DNA from: Bacteroidales bacterium
Lineage (GTDB): Bacteria > Bacteroidota > Bacteroidia > Bacteroidales > JAIPAH01
Direction of reading: 5' to 3'
Assembly: GCA_021740175.1 (NCBI GenBank)
Contig: JAIPAH010000003.1
Location: 1 to 58,142, forward strand
DNA: 58,142 nt
Under the pieces are notes generated by a model. It was not told the origin of the DNA. It did no database searches and saw only the letters and a program-made list of their open reading frames with translations. The translations under genes were made by a program, and so were the position numbers. Below are positions 39,160 through 48,660 of this stretch, piece after piece. The first letter of the stretch is position 1, and each line of letters starts with the position of its first letter.

Positions 39160-39835
39160 GCTGTGCTCTTTTGTAATCTTCCGGTATGCCTATATCCAGG
39201 AAATAATCGTCAAAACCGACACCATAAAATTTTTGCTGCCCGTATTCCTGCTCAAGCACATCTTTTTCAAAACTAAAATTCCCCTGGTAAGAAATTTGTT
39301 CAAAAAATTCCCGGTCACCAAAATAGATACCTCCATTGATCAGACCTTCTCCTTCCGTTTCACCTTTCTCCAGGAAACCTTTAATTCTACCATATTCGTC
39401 CGTAGTAACCGCTCCATAGCGAGCCGTATCCTGTACTTTTCTGAGAGCAAGTGTCAAATCGGCTTTTTTCTCCTGATGAACTTTTTGCAGCTTATTCAGG
39501 CTGATTTCAAAAATTGTATCACCATTAAGAATATAAAACTGTTGCTCTTTCGTTACCGGTAAAGCGTTCAATATGGCACCGCCTGTCCCCAACGGTTTTT
39601 CCTCTTCCGCATAAGCTATTTCCATTTGCAGGAATTCGTTTCCAAAATGGGCGATGATACTTTCTTTTTTGTACCCTACGGCAAGAACGACACGGTCTAC
39701 TCCATTGCTCTTCAGATAAGCAAGTTGATACTCCAGGAAAGGACGACCATTGACAGGAGCCATGGCTTTGGGTAAATCGCTTATCACCCCGCGCAATCTT
39801 GTGCCCAGCCCACCTACAAGGATAATCGCTTCCAT
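39134..39835 (-). CDS. hddC: Heptose 1-phosphate guanylyltransferase
   Basis: GGLGTRL...PKAM, EEKPLGTGGA, LNGDT, DIGIPEDY; operon context. Confidence 0.82.
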   Translation of the reverse strand: MEAIILVGGLGTRLRGVISDLPKAMAPVNGRPFLEYQLAYLKSNGVDRVVLAVGYKKESIIAHFGNEFLQMEIAYAEEEKPLGTGGAILNALPVTKEQQFYILNGDTIFEISLNKLQKVHQEKKADLTLALRKVQDTARYGAVTTDEYGRIKGFLEKGETEGEGLINGGIYFGDREFFEQISYQGNFSFEKDVLEQEYGQQKFYGVGFDDYFLDIGIPEDYKRAQHEFKRLGY

Positions 39836-39838
39836 AAA

Positions 39839-40414
39839 TTAATTTTTGGGGAACATTTTTGATTCGACGGCTTCACACACAATGTGGCCTATCATGATAT
39901 GCCCTTCCTGGATGCGGGGTGTATCGCCGGAGGGCACTCCTATCAGGATATCAGCGATATCTTTCATTTTGCCTCCCGTTTCGCCTGTGAAAGCCACAGT
40001 GATCATGTTTTTCCGCTTAGCCTGCTCCAGGGCTTTAACGATATTGGAGGAATTTCCTGATGTGGAAAGCCCCACCAAAATATCACCTTCCTTTCCCTTT
40101 GCTTTAACAAGCCGGCTGTAGACTTCATCGAACGAATAATCATTGGCCACAGCCGTAAGGTAAGAGGTGTTTACATGGAGAGCTTCGCTATGCAACGGCT
40201 CTCGGTCGTAATAAAACCTCCCCGCAAGTTCTGCCGCAAGATGCTGGGCATCTGCAGCACTACCGCCATTTCCGCAGAATAAGACTTTCCCGTCCTTATC
40301 AAAGCAATCTTTTATTTGGTCAATAAGGGTGTTTACTTTATGAATAAACGCCTCATCTTCCATCAGCCTTTTTTTAAAATCGATTGAAGCCTGTATTGTA
40401 TTTTTAATGTCCAT
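39839..40414 (-). CDS. gmhA: Sedoheptulose 7-phosphate isomerase
   Basis: CGNGGSAADAQHLAAE, LSTSGNS, TPRIQEGH. Confidence 0.95.
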   Translation of the reverse strand: MDIKNTIQASIDFKKRLMEDEAFIHKVNTLIDQIKDCFDKDGKVLFCGNGGSAADAQHLAAELAGRFYYDREPLHSEALHVNTSYLTAVANDYSFDEVYSRLVKAKGKEGDILVGLSTSGNSSNIVKALEQAKRKNMITVAFTGETGGKMKDIADILIGVPSGDTPRIQEGHIMIGHIVCEAVESKMFPKN

Positions 40415-40420
40415 ATTGGC

Positions 40421-41455
40421 TTATTTTTCGTTTACTGACCATGTTTTTAATCCGTTAACAACATAATCATATCTTTTGGCTTGCCCCCCATATTTTTTTT
40501 GCAGTGCTTTAATAACTGAATTCCGGGTCATGAGGGGACAATAAAAAATCATAAATCCTCCGCCACCGGCACCCGAAATTTTTCCCCCCGTAGCTCCGGC
40601 ATCCATTGCCGTCTGGTATATTTCATCGATAAAGGGATTACTGATGTCGGTAGCCATATTTTTTTTGTGCTGCCAACCAAAGTCCAATATCCGTCCTATC
40701 TCATCCAGATGGCCCTTCAGCAGCGCCTCCTTCATCATGAGAGATTGTTCTTTAAGTTTATGCATGGCTTCGATAGAATCCTCATTTTTCTCAAGCACGT
40801 TGGAGGACTGCGTTTCGATAATTTTTGCGGAAAGGCGGCTGGTTTCCGTATAGTAAAGCACAAGGTTGTGAGCCAATTCATTCATATAATCGCTGCGGAT
40901 GCGGAGAGGATTCACAATAACATTATCTTTTTTGAATTCCATAAAATTCACCCCGCCAAAGGTTGCTGCATATTGATCCTGCTTACCGCCGGCCATATTC
41001 AAATCCAGGCGTTCAATTTGGTAAGCAAGACTTGCCATGTCGTATTCTCCCAGGGGAAGCTGAAACCACTCGGCGAATGCTCCCAATATGGCTACCGTAA
41101 GGGTGGATGAAGTCCCTAAACCACTACCGGCCGGCGCATCTACATATGTGTATAAATCAAAGGAGGGAATTTTACCGGGCGGAAAATCTTTCATAACCCG
41201 GTTGAAAACCCCTTTGTGTAGATCAAGCGAGCCATTAACTTCGAGTTGGGAAGATTGTTCGAACACCCTTTGCTCTTCCTTGTCCACCGAATGAAGCCCG
41301 ATTTTCCCATCCTTACGGGGAATAATGGTGGCATAAGCATACATACTGATAGTGGCATTGAGAATAGCACCCCCATAGATTTCCGAGTAAGGAGCTACAT
41401 CCGTTCCTCCGCCAGCCATTCCAAGTCGAAGAGGCGCTTTACTTCTGATGATCAT
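40421..41455 (-). CDS. hddA: D-glycero-alpha-D-manno-heptose 7-phosphate kinase (GHMP family)
   Basis: APLRLGMAGGGTD, PAGSGLGTSS, GGKQDQY, GGKISGAGGGG. Confidence 0.9.
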   Translation of the reverse strand: MIIRSKAPLRLGMAGGGTDVAPYSEIYGGAILNATISMYAYATIIPRKDGKIGLHSVDKEEQRVFEQSSQLEVNGSLDLHKGVFNRVMKDFPPGKIPSFDLYTYVDAPAGSGLGTSSTLTVAILGAFAEWFQLPLGEYDMASLAYQIERLDLNMAGGKQDQYAATFGGVNFMEFKKDNVIVNPLRIRSDYMNELAHNLVLYYTETSRLSAKIIETQSSNVLEKNEDSIEAMHKLKEQSLMMKEALLKGHLDEIGRILDFGWQHKKNMATDISNPFIDEIYQTAMDAGATGGKISGAGGGGFMIFYCPLMTRNSVIKALQKKYGGQAKRYDYVVNGLKTWSVNEK

Positions 41456-41456
41456 G

Positions 41457-42608
41457 TTATGAGTTTATCTCCTTTATTTTCTTATCCAGTTGGTCGATAT
41501 TATCCAATAAAGAGGTCCAGGAGTATTTTTTCTTCTCTTCCTTGATATTTTCAACAAACTCCTGCTCTTTATCTTCTTTAAAATACCGGTATATCGCATC
41601 GGCAATTGAATTTTCATCCGGGTTTACTACATAACCTACTTTTCCGTCCGGAATTAGTTCCCCAAGTCCCCCGACATTAGTCACAATCATTGGTTTTTCA
41701 AAATGATAGGCGATTTGTGTCACGCCGCTTTGTGTAGCAGATTTATAAGGCTGAACAATTAAATCAGCAACACTGAAGTATAAACCCACCTTACTGTCAG
41801 GGATAAATTCAGTCTTTAGGCTAATATGCTGCTGCAAGCCCAAATCTTTGATCAGCTTATAGTATTTATCAGAATTGGAATAAAATTCTCCTGCAACAAT
41901 GAGTATTAGTTTTTTCATTCGGCTTTTCAGATGGCTCATCGCTTTAATTAAAAGGTCAAGACCTTTATAATCTCTTATGAAGCCAAAAAAAAGCAGGTAT
42001 TTTGTTTCTCGATCCAAATCCAGTTCCTCGCGTGCAGATAGTTTATCTTTCCCTCCTTTGTAATGGTCATACAAAGGGTGTAAGGATAAGATTCCCGGCT
42101 TTTGGCTGTTCATCTCTTTTAGGTCATTGACGACCGATTTTGACATCGATAAAAAGCCATCTACGGACTCGACGAAATATTTTGATAAAACCCAATCACC
42201 CATTCTTCTTTCATGTGGTTTTAAATTGTGAGGGATGGCAATTGTGTTAAAGTTTCCTTTTTTTCTAATCAAGCGGGCTATCGAACCTAAAGCCGGTGCT
42301 ATGTATGGCAACCAATAATTGATAATTACCAAATCGGGAGCTAATTTAATAAGTTCATTTGCCGTAACGTACCATGAAAAAGGGTTGATGGAGTTGATCG
42401 TTCGCCTGATATCCAGATCATGAGGAAATGGTTCATTAGAGAATTGTGTTTTCCCGGGAAAAAAGATTCTCGGATACTGCAGAGAAAAAGTAAAAAGGTG
42501 TACCTGATCTCCATTAGCGATGAAAGCCCTGGCCATACGTTCGTTGAATGCGGCTATTCCTCCTCTGTATGGATAAGCCGGTCCGATTAAACACACTTTT
42601 CGCGCCAT
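41457..42608 (-). CDS. GT4-family glycosyltransferase
   Basis: GPAYPYRGGIA, LLFFGFIRDYKGLD, PYKSATQSGV, TNVGGLGE. Confidence 0.9.
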   Translation of the reverse strand: MARKVCLIGPAYPYRGGIAAFNERMARAFIANGDQVHLFTFSLQYPRIFFPGKTQFSNEPFPHDLDIRRTINSINPFSWYVTANELIKLAPDLVIINYWLPYIAPALGSIARLIRKKGNFNTIAIPHNLKPHERRMGDWVLSKYFVESVDGFLSMSKSVVNDLKEMNSQKPGILSLHPLYDHYKGGKDKLSAREELDLDRETKYLLFFGFIRDYKGLDLLIKAMSHLKSRMKKLILIVAGEFYSNSDKYYKLIKDLGLQQHISLKTEFIPDSKVGLYFSVADLIVQPYKSATQSGVTQIAYHFEKPMIVTNVGGLGELIPDGKVGYVVNPDENSIADAIYRYFKEDKEQEFVENIKEEKKKYSWTSLLDNIDQLDKKIKEINS

Positions 42609-42612
42609 TAAC

Positions 42613-43575
42613 CTAGTTTTTTGATTCCACTTTGTGTTTAAATCCTCTCCGTTCCTCTACGCTATATTTATTCCTGTCAGAATCAGACCGGGAGATCATC
42701 TCAGCTATAAACCCTGTCATGAATAATTGCGCCCCGATAATCATACTTAATACTCCTAAATAAAACAAGGGCCTTTCAGTCATATTATAGACGTCTAACG
42801 CCACTTTCAGGTAGGTAAGGTAAAAAGCTATCCCAAAACCAAGAATAAAAAGCACCGTGCCTAAGGTTCCAAACAAGTGCATAGGCCTTTTCGCGAATTT
42901 AGATACAACCATAATCGACAAAAGGTCGAGAAACCCTTTTATGAACCGGTCCATACCGAATTTGGTCGTCCCGTATTTCCGGGGCTGATGTTGTACCTTT
43001 TTTTCGCCTATTTTGTTGAAGCCATTCCATTTAGCAATTACGGGGATGTATCGGTGCATCTCGCCATAAACTTCTATGGTCTTAGCAACGTTTTTTTGGT
43101 AAGCCTTCAAGCCACAATTAAAATCATGCAGATGAATCCCGGACATCAATCGCGTAAAACCATTAAAAAATTTGGAAGGTATCTTTTTATTAAGCGGATC
43201 ATGGCGTCGCTTTTTCCAACCGGAAACCAAATGATATCGCTCCTCCGTGATCATTCGGTGAAGCTCGGGGATTTCTTCGGGATTATCCTGTAAATCGGCA
43301 TCCATGGTGATTATTACGTCGCCCGAGACTTCAGAAAAACCTTCATTCAATGCGGCTGATTTTCCGTAATTTCTGCGAAACTTTATGCCTTTTATTTGCT
43401 CATGGGATTCAGTGAGTGACTCTATGACTTCCCACGAAGTGTCATTACTGCCATCATCTATAAAAATGATCTCAAAAGTCAGCTTATTTTTTTCACAAAC
43501 CTTTTTGATCCATTGCGTCAATTCCTCAAGGGATTCTTCTTCATTAAAGAGAGGTACAACAACTGATATATCCAT
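42613..43575 (-). CDS. GT2-family polyprenol-phosphate glycosyltransferase (DPM1/GtrB/ArnC-like)
   Basis: SVVVPLFNEEE, DDGSND, RNYGKSAAL, MDADLQD and two C-terminal TM helices. Confidence 0.92.
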   Translation of the reverse strand: MDISVVVPLFNEEESLEELTQWIKKVCEKNKLTFEIIFIDDGSNDTSWEVIESLTESHEQIKGIKFRRNYGKSAALNEGFSEVSGDVIITMDADLQDNPEEIPELHRMITEERYHLVSGWKKRRHDPLNKKIPSKFFNGFTRLMSGIHLHDFNCGLKAYQKNVAKTIEVYGEMHRYIPVIAKWNGFNKIGEKKVQHQPRKYGTTKFGMDRFIKGFLDLLSIMVVSKFAKRPMHLFGTLGTVLFILGFGIAFYLTYLKVALDVYNMTERPLFYLGVLSMIIGAQLFMTGFIAEMISRSDSDRNKYSVEERRGFKHKVESKN

Positions 43576-43591
43576 TGCTAAAATTCTGTAA

Positions 43592-44101
43592 TTACTTTGT
43601 TCGCTTCAAAAATACCGATACAACCAAAGAGAGAAGCAATCCAATCAAAGTAGTATAAAAAATCCCGGATAATGCCATCCAATGGGGTTGCATAAATTGT
43701 TTGGTTATGGCCATCGACTGGTCTAGTTGTTCGCCTTCCAATCCTTGTTGGTACATTTTTTCCCGTGCGGCCTGAATCATAGGTTCAATAGCCTGGGGAT
43801 CGATGTACTTGTACAATATGAAGGTGAATATCCCCGACAAAAGCGAAGCAAAAAGAGCGAGCAGAGTGCCCAGCCCGATACCCTGACCGTAACTCAGCGT
43901 ACCTCCGGCTTCTTTATCTCGATAGAATTTGATTGCCAGAAACATTCCAATAAGGAGGATGGCATAACTAACATAACTCAGATATTGATTTGTCGTCGCC
44001 TCAAAAACATAGAGAACCAGGTTATAAAGTATCATAACCAAACCGGTCACTAAGCCGAAAGTGAGGGCCACGCTGCTAATAGATTTACGTGATGCTTCCA
44101 T
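43592..44101 (-). CDS. DUF4199-like four-TM membrane protein (start moved to ATG 44101)
   Basis: Four TM helices, YRDKEAGG.LSYGQG, YKYIDP. The track's TTG lies in the minus-strand promoter TACTTTTG (44126-44133). Confidence 0.75.
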   Translation of the reverse strand: MEASRKSISSVALTFGLVTGLVMILYNLVLYVFEATTNQYLSYVSYAILLIGMFLAIKFYRDKEAGGTLSYGQGIGLGTLLALFASLLSGIFTFILYKYIDPQAIEPMIQAAREKMYQQGLEGEQLDQSMAITKQFMQPHWMALSGIFYTTLIGLLLSLVVSVFLKRTK

Positions 44102-44172
44102 AGGTTGCTGATTTAAGTTATGCCACAAAAGTAAGAATTAAGCGGCATTGTTTTAAAAAAACAGGTACGAAT

Positions 44173-44203
44173 TTTGCTCGGAAAGTAAAGTTTTATACTT
44201 TTG
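44173..44203 (+). promoter_or_regulatory. sigma-ABfr promoter of ffs
   Basis: TTTG (44173-44176), 19-nt spacer, TACTTTTG (44196-44203). Confidence 0.7.
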
Positions 44204-44210
44204 CAAACTG

Positions 44211-44310
44211 TCGGGTAAGTCTTGTACGACCAGCTCCCGCTGAACTCCCCCAGGACCGGAAGGTAGCAAGGGTAGGCGGTTGAGCGGTGCGATACAAGTC
44301 GCTTGCCCGA
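44211..44310 (+). ncRNA. ffs: Signal recognition particle RNA (4.5S)
   Basis: Long hairpin TCGGGTAAG...CTTGCCCGA with the conserved helix-8 sequence CAGGACCGGAAGGTAGCA; promoter upstream and T tract downstream. Confidence 0.92.
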
Positions 44311-44392
44311 TTTTTTGTATTAGGGGTGGTAAAATGAATTTCAATTTACTAACTTTGTGGGAGTAGGAACCATCTTTTAAAAGCTCACGAGT

Positions 44393-45001
44393 ATGATATT
44401 AAAACTTCATGAAAACAATCCGAGTGAAAAGCGCATCCAGCGTATTGTGGAAATATTAGAGGATGACGGCGTAATAATTTATCCAACCGATACGGTTTAT
44501 GCTTTTGGGTGTTCCATTAACAGTCAAAAGGCAGCCGACAGGATTTCCCAGATAAAGGATACCAACAAACAACGCGATGATTTTTCAATGGTGTTCAGAG
44601 ATATCAGCCAGATCTCAGAATATACAAAACCAATACCCAATGACATATTCAAAATAATGAAAGAAAGCTTGCCCGGCCCATTCACATTTTTGCTGGAGGC
44701 GAATCATAAAGTACCTAAGCTTTACAAAAACAAGAAAAGAGTGGTGGGTGCTCGCATTCCTAATAACAATATTCCCCTGGAAATTGTCGATCGATTGGGG
44801 AAACCCATGCTAACCACTTCCGTGCATGATGAAGACAGTATTATAGAATACACCACGGATCCCGAACTGATTCATGAGCGATATCATAAACTTGTGGATT
44901 ATGTCATTGATGGTGGACCCGGCGATAATGAGGCTTCTACGGTAGTGGATTGTCGTAATGATACCATTGAAGTAATACGTCAGGGGAAAGGGGTTATTTA
45001 G
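44393..45001 (+). CDS. yciO: Sua5/YrdC/YciO family protein, YciO type
   Basis: IYPTDTVYAFGC, LPGPFTF, GARIP, STVVD. Has TTSVH instead of the SAN of TsaC. Promoter TAACTTTG at 44350-44357. Confidence 0.8.
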   Translation: MILKLHENNPSEKRIQRIVEILEDDGVIIYPTDTVYAFGCSINSQKAADRISQIKDTNKQRDDFSMVFRDISQISEYTKPIPNDIFKIMKESLPGPFTFLLEANHKVPKLYKNKKRVVGARIPNNNIPLEIVDRLGKPMLTTSVHDEDSIIEYTTDPELIHERYHKLVDYVIDGGPGDNEASTVVDCRNDTIEVIRQGKGVI

Positions 45002-45110
45002 CTGAGATAGCCCTATTCTTTACTGTGTAGCATTAAAATTTTTCACGCTATAAGGTTTGGATATGTTTTATAAAGATTCTAATTTTGCAGCCGCATTTTG
45101 CGAAAGCAAT

Positions 45111-45183
45111 GATTCCGTAGCTCAGTTGGTAGAGCAACGCCCTTTTAAGGCGTGGGTCCTGAGTTCGAGCCTCAGCGGAATCA
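45111..45183 (+). tRNA. tRNA-Lys(UUU)
   Basis: Acceptor GATTCCG/CGGAATC, D arm GCTCAGTTGGTAGAGC, anticodon arm ACGCC-CTTTTAA-GGCGT, T loop GTTCGAG. CCA is not fully encoded. Promoter TTTG 45056-45059 / TAATTTTG 45080-45087. Confidence 0.96.
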
Positions 45184-45201
45184 CCGTTCAAATACTTTTC
45201 C

Positions 45202-45274
45202 GATTCCGTAGCTCAGTTGGTAGAGCAACGCCCTTTTAAGGCGTGGGTCCTGAGTTCGAGCCTCAGCGGAATCA
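45202..45274 (+). tRNA. tRNA-Lys(UUU), identical second copy
   Basis: Same sequence as 45111-45183, separated by an 18-nt spacer. Confidence 0.96.
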
Positions 45275-45277
45275 CCT

Positions 45278-45311
45278 AAAAGCCTGCCCTTACATAGAGC
45301 AGGCTTTTTTT
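45278..45311 (+). terminator. Terminator of the tRNA pair
   Basis: AAAAGCCTGC ... GCAGGCTTTTTTT. Confidence 0.8.
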
Positions 45312-45418
45312 ATTAACAAACTCTTCTTTAAAAATAATTGCTTTTATTCCCCATATATCCCAATGTATTTATTAAATTGCAAGCTTTAACCAATCTAACA
45401 TAAAAAAATACTGCACGT

Positions 45419-46747
45419 ATGAAAATTTCTATCGTAGGAACCGGTTATGTAGGGCTTGTTACAGGAGCCTGCTTTGCCGATGTCGGCATAGATGTTACTT
45501 GTATTGATATCGACCAGGAAAAGATTGATAGCCTCAAAAAAGGGGAAGTTCCGATTTATGAGCCCGGACTGGAAGATATAGTCCATAACAATCTTCAAAA
45601 GAAGCGTTTACATTTTACAACAAGCTTGAAGGAGATTATTGATGATTCGGAAGTCATCTTTAGCGCCGTTGGCACACCGTCGGATAAAGACGGCAGCGCC
45701 GATCTGAAATATGTTTTGAGTGTAGCCCGCGAAATCGGCGCAAATATGAACAAGTATGTATTGGTGGTTACCAAATCCACCGTACCGGTAGGAACCGCTG
45801 AAAAGGTGAAACAAGCTATACAAGAAGAGCTTGAAAAGCGAGGAGCAGATATACCCTTTGACGTAGCTTCCAATCCCGAATTTTTGAAAGAGGGAGCTGC
45901 TGTAGCAGACTTTTTGAGACCCGATCGCATTGTGGTGGGTACCGAATCGGAAAAAGCGGAAAATATTATGAAAAAGCTTTATAAACCATTTACGATGAAT
46001 GGGCATCCGGTGCTTTTCATGAATATTGCCTCCGCTGAGATGACCAAATATGCGGCCAACGCCATGTTGGCGACAAAAATTAGCTTCATGAACGATATTG
46101 CCAATCTCAGTGAAATCGTCGGCGCGGATATCAATATGATTCGAAAGGGGATAGGAACGGATAAACGCATAGGCCCTTATTTTATCTATCCCGGAACCGG
46201 ATACGGGGGGTCCTGCTTCCCGAAAGATGTGAAAGCTATAATAAAAACGGGTGCTGAAAGAAACTATCACCTTCGCGTGTTGGAAGCCGTGGAAGAGGTC
46301 AATGAAAAGCAAAAAACGATCCTTTTCAGAAAATTGTACAACTATTATAATGGGGACCTGAAAGGGAAACAAATCGCCATGTGGGGATTATCTTTTAAAC
46401 CCAAGACCGATGACATGCGCGAAGCTCCGTCGCTTTCCCTTATTGAAAAGTTATTGGAAGCAGGAGCTACTGTTAAAGCCTATGACCCGGCAGCTGTAGA
46501 TGAAGCTAAGAGAGAAATCGGAGATAAAATTCAATACGCTCCGGATGAGTACGATGCGTTGATAGATGCTGATGCTTTGTTGTTAGTAACCGAATGGCCG
46601 GAATTTAAATTCCCGAACATGAACATCGTCAAAAGATTGATGAAACGAAATGTCGTATTTGACGGACGAAATGTTTATGATATCAAGGAAATGAAAGAAC
46701 TCGGTTTTGATTATTACTGTATCGGTATCGATACGGAAGACGTATAA
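45419..46747 (+). CDS. ugd: UDP-glucose 6-dehydrogenase
   Basis: GTGYVGL, TKSTVPVGT, SNPEFLKEG, GYGGSCFPKD, SFKPKTDDMRE. Confidence 0.95.
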   Translation: MKISIVGTGYVGLVTGACFADVGIDVTCIDIDQEKIDSLKKGEVPIYEPGLEDIVHNNLQKKRLHFTTSLKEIIDDSEVIFSAVGTPSDKDGSADLKYVLSVAREIGANMNKYVLVVTKSTVPVGTAEKVKQAIQEELEKRGADIPFDVASNPEFLKEGAAVADFLRPDRIVVGTESEKAENIMKKLYKPFTMNGHPVLFMNIASAEMTKYAANAMLATKISFMNDIANLSEIVGADINMIRKGIGTDKRIGPYFIYPGTGYGGSCFPKDVKAIIKTGAERNYHLRVLEAVEEVNEKQKTILFRKLYNYYNGDLKGKQIAMWGLSFKPKTDDMREAPSLSLIEKLLEAGATVKAYDPAAVDEAKREIGDKIQYAPDEYDALIDADALLLVTEWPEFKFPNMNIVKRLMKRNVVFDGRNVYDIKEMKELGFDYYCIGIDTEDV

Positions 46748-46852
46748 AAATTTCAATGGAAGGTTATCCAAAAAAAATGATTATGCGGTAATTACAGAAA
46801 TTTGAGTAACTGCATTTTGGGTGACCTTCTTATCATTTAAAAAATTATCTCC

Positions 46853-47824
46853 ATGAGAAAAAGAGTTCTTGTTACGGGAGGAGCCGGTTTTATTGGCTCT
46901 CATCTTTGCGAACGATTGCTGAGCAATGGACATGAGGTGATTATGCTGGATAATTATTTTACAGGCTCCAAAGAAAATATTGTTCATCTCATGGATAACC
47001 CGTACTTTGAGATGGTTCGCCATGACATTACGCAACCCTTTTTTATCGAGGTGGATGAGATTTATAACCTGGCGTGTCCCGCTTCACCGATACATTACCA
47101 GTATAATCCTATTAAAACGGTTAAAACTTCCGTAATGGGAGCGGTTAATATGTTGGGGCTCGCCAAGAGAATTAAAGCTAAGGTACTTCAGGCTTCTACG
47201 AGCGAAGTGTACGGGGATCCGGAGGTTCACCCCCAAAAAGAGAATTATTGGGGGAATGTAAATCCCATCGGGAAGCGTGCCTGCTATGATGAGGGAAAGC
47301 GGGCCGCGGAAACGCTTTTTATGAATTATTACCATCAGAATAATGTGCGGATTAAAATAATGCGGATTTTTAATACTTACGGGCCACGCATGCATCCCAA
47401 TGACGGACGCGTTGTATCAAATTTTATCGTTCAAGCCCTGAGAAATGAAGATATTACGCTTTTTGGCGACGGTTCGCAAACCAGGAGCTTCCAATACATA
47501 GACGACCTGGTCGAGGCCTTTATAAGACTGATGGATACGGGTGATGATTTTACCGGGCCGGTAAATATTGGCAACCCGGGAGAATTTACGATTAAAGAGT
47601 TGGCGGAAAAAATCATCGAAATGACCGGGACCCGATCAAAAATACATTACAAGCCTTTACCGAATGATGACCCGATGAAGAGAAAACCTGATATTTCCCT
47701 GGCTAAGGATAAACTTAACTGGGAGCCTGAAGTTGTTCTGGAAAATGGTTTGAAGAAGACCATTGAATATTTTGACGAGCTTTTGAAAAATTCGAAGTAT
47801 GAGGATACTTATTACAGGCGCTAA
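46853..47824 (+). CDS. uxs: UDP-glucuronate decarboxylase (UDP-xylose synthase)
   Basis: [52 protein letters not shown]. Confidence 0.92.
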   Translation: MRKRVLVTGGAGFIGSHLCERLLSNGHEVIMLDNYFTGSKENIVHLMDNPYFEMVRHDITQPFFIEVDEIYNLACPASPIHYQYNPIKTVKTSVMGAVNMLGLAKRIKAKVLQASTSEVYGDPEVHPQKENYWGNVNPIGKRACYDEGKRAAETLFMNYYHQNNVRIKIMRIFNTYGPRMHPNDGRVVSNFIVQALRNEDITLFGDGSQTRSFQYIDDLVEAFIRLMDTGDDFTGPVNIGNPGEFTIKELAEKIIEMTGTRSKIHYKPLPNDDPMKRKPDISLAKDKLNWEPEVVLENGLKKTIEYFDELLKNSKYEDTYYRR

Positions 47825-48647
47825 CGGGCAGTTAGGCTCTGAAATAAAACGTATTGCTTCCGGTTATCCCGGGCATCGGTTCTTTTTTGCCGATGTCGAT
47901 GAGCTGGATATTACGCAATATTCGCAGGTTGCTGAATTTCTGGAAAAGCATAAAATCGAAACTGTTATCAACTGTGCCGCTTATACGGCCGTTGATAAAG
48001 CTGAAGAGGAAGAACAGCATGCCGAAATTATTAACGGCAAAGCACCGGGCATATTAGCTTATGCAGTAAAAGAAAGGGGCGGAAAGCTTATTCATGTTTC
48101 CACGGATTATGTCTTTAACGGGAAAACATACATTCCCTATAAGGAGGAAGACACGCCGAACCCTGAAACGGCCTATGGACGAACGAAACTGGCCGGGGAG
48201 GAAAGAATTCGCAAGCAAAACGCCGATGCTTTTATCGTAAGAACAGCCTGGCTTTATTCTGAATATGGGAAGAATTTTGTAAAAACGATGATTCGGTTAG
48301 GCCATGAAAAAAATGAGATCGGGGTGATATCTGACCAGGTTGGGAGTCCGACTTATGCCCTCAACCTGGCAGAAGCCGTATTAAAACTTACCGGTAAAAT
48401 AGCCCGGGGAACAACTATTTATCATTATTCCGACGAGGGAGTTTGTTCGTGGTACGACCTGGCAGTAGAAATCATGAACTACAAGGGATTTGCTTGCAAG
48501 GTGAAGGCCCTGGAAACGCATCAGTATCCCACCCCGGCCAAGAGACCGCCCTATAGTGTTTTGAATAAATCAAAAATCAAAAATGACTTAGCTACCGATA
48601 TACCACATTGGAGAACGAGTTTATTAAAATGTTTGGAGAATCTTTAA
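47799..48647 (+). CDS. rfbD: dTDP-4-dehydrorhamnose reductase
   Basis: [44 protein letters not shown]. Confidence 0.95.
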   Translation: MRILITGANGQLGSEIKRIASGYPGHRFFFADVDELDITQYSQVAEFLEKHKIETVINCAAYTAVDKAEEEEQHAEIINGKAPGILAYAVKERGGKLIHVSTDYVFNGKTYIPYKEEDTPNPETAYGRTKLAGEERIRKQNADAFIVRTAWLYSEYGKNFVKTMIRLGHEKNEIGVISDQVGSPTYALNLAEAVLKLTGKIARGTTIYHYSDEGVCSWYDLAVEIMNYKGFACKVKALETHQYPTPAKRPPYSVLNKSKIKNDLATDIPHWRTSLLKCLENL

Positions 48648-48660
48648 AAAAACAGCAGTT

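Noticed and set aside
44153-44344. 63-aa minus-strand ORF
   Set aside because: Antisense to the SRP RNA gene.
45057-45239. 60-aa ORF; also a tRNA-targeted integrated element
   Set aside because: The ORF overlaps the tRNA-Lys genes. The two tRNAs are full-length and only 18 nt apart, I saw no distant att-like 3' fragment, and there is no integrase.
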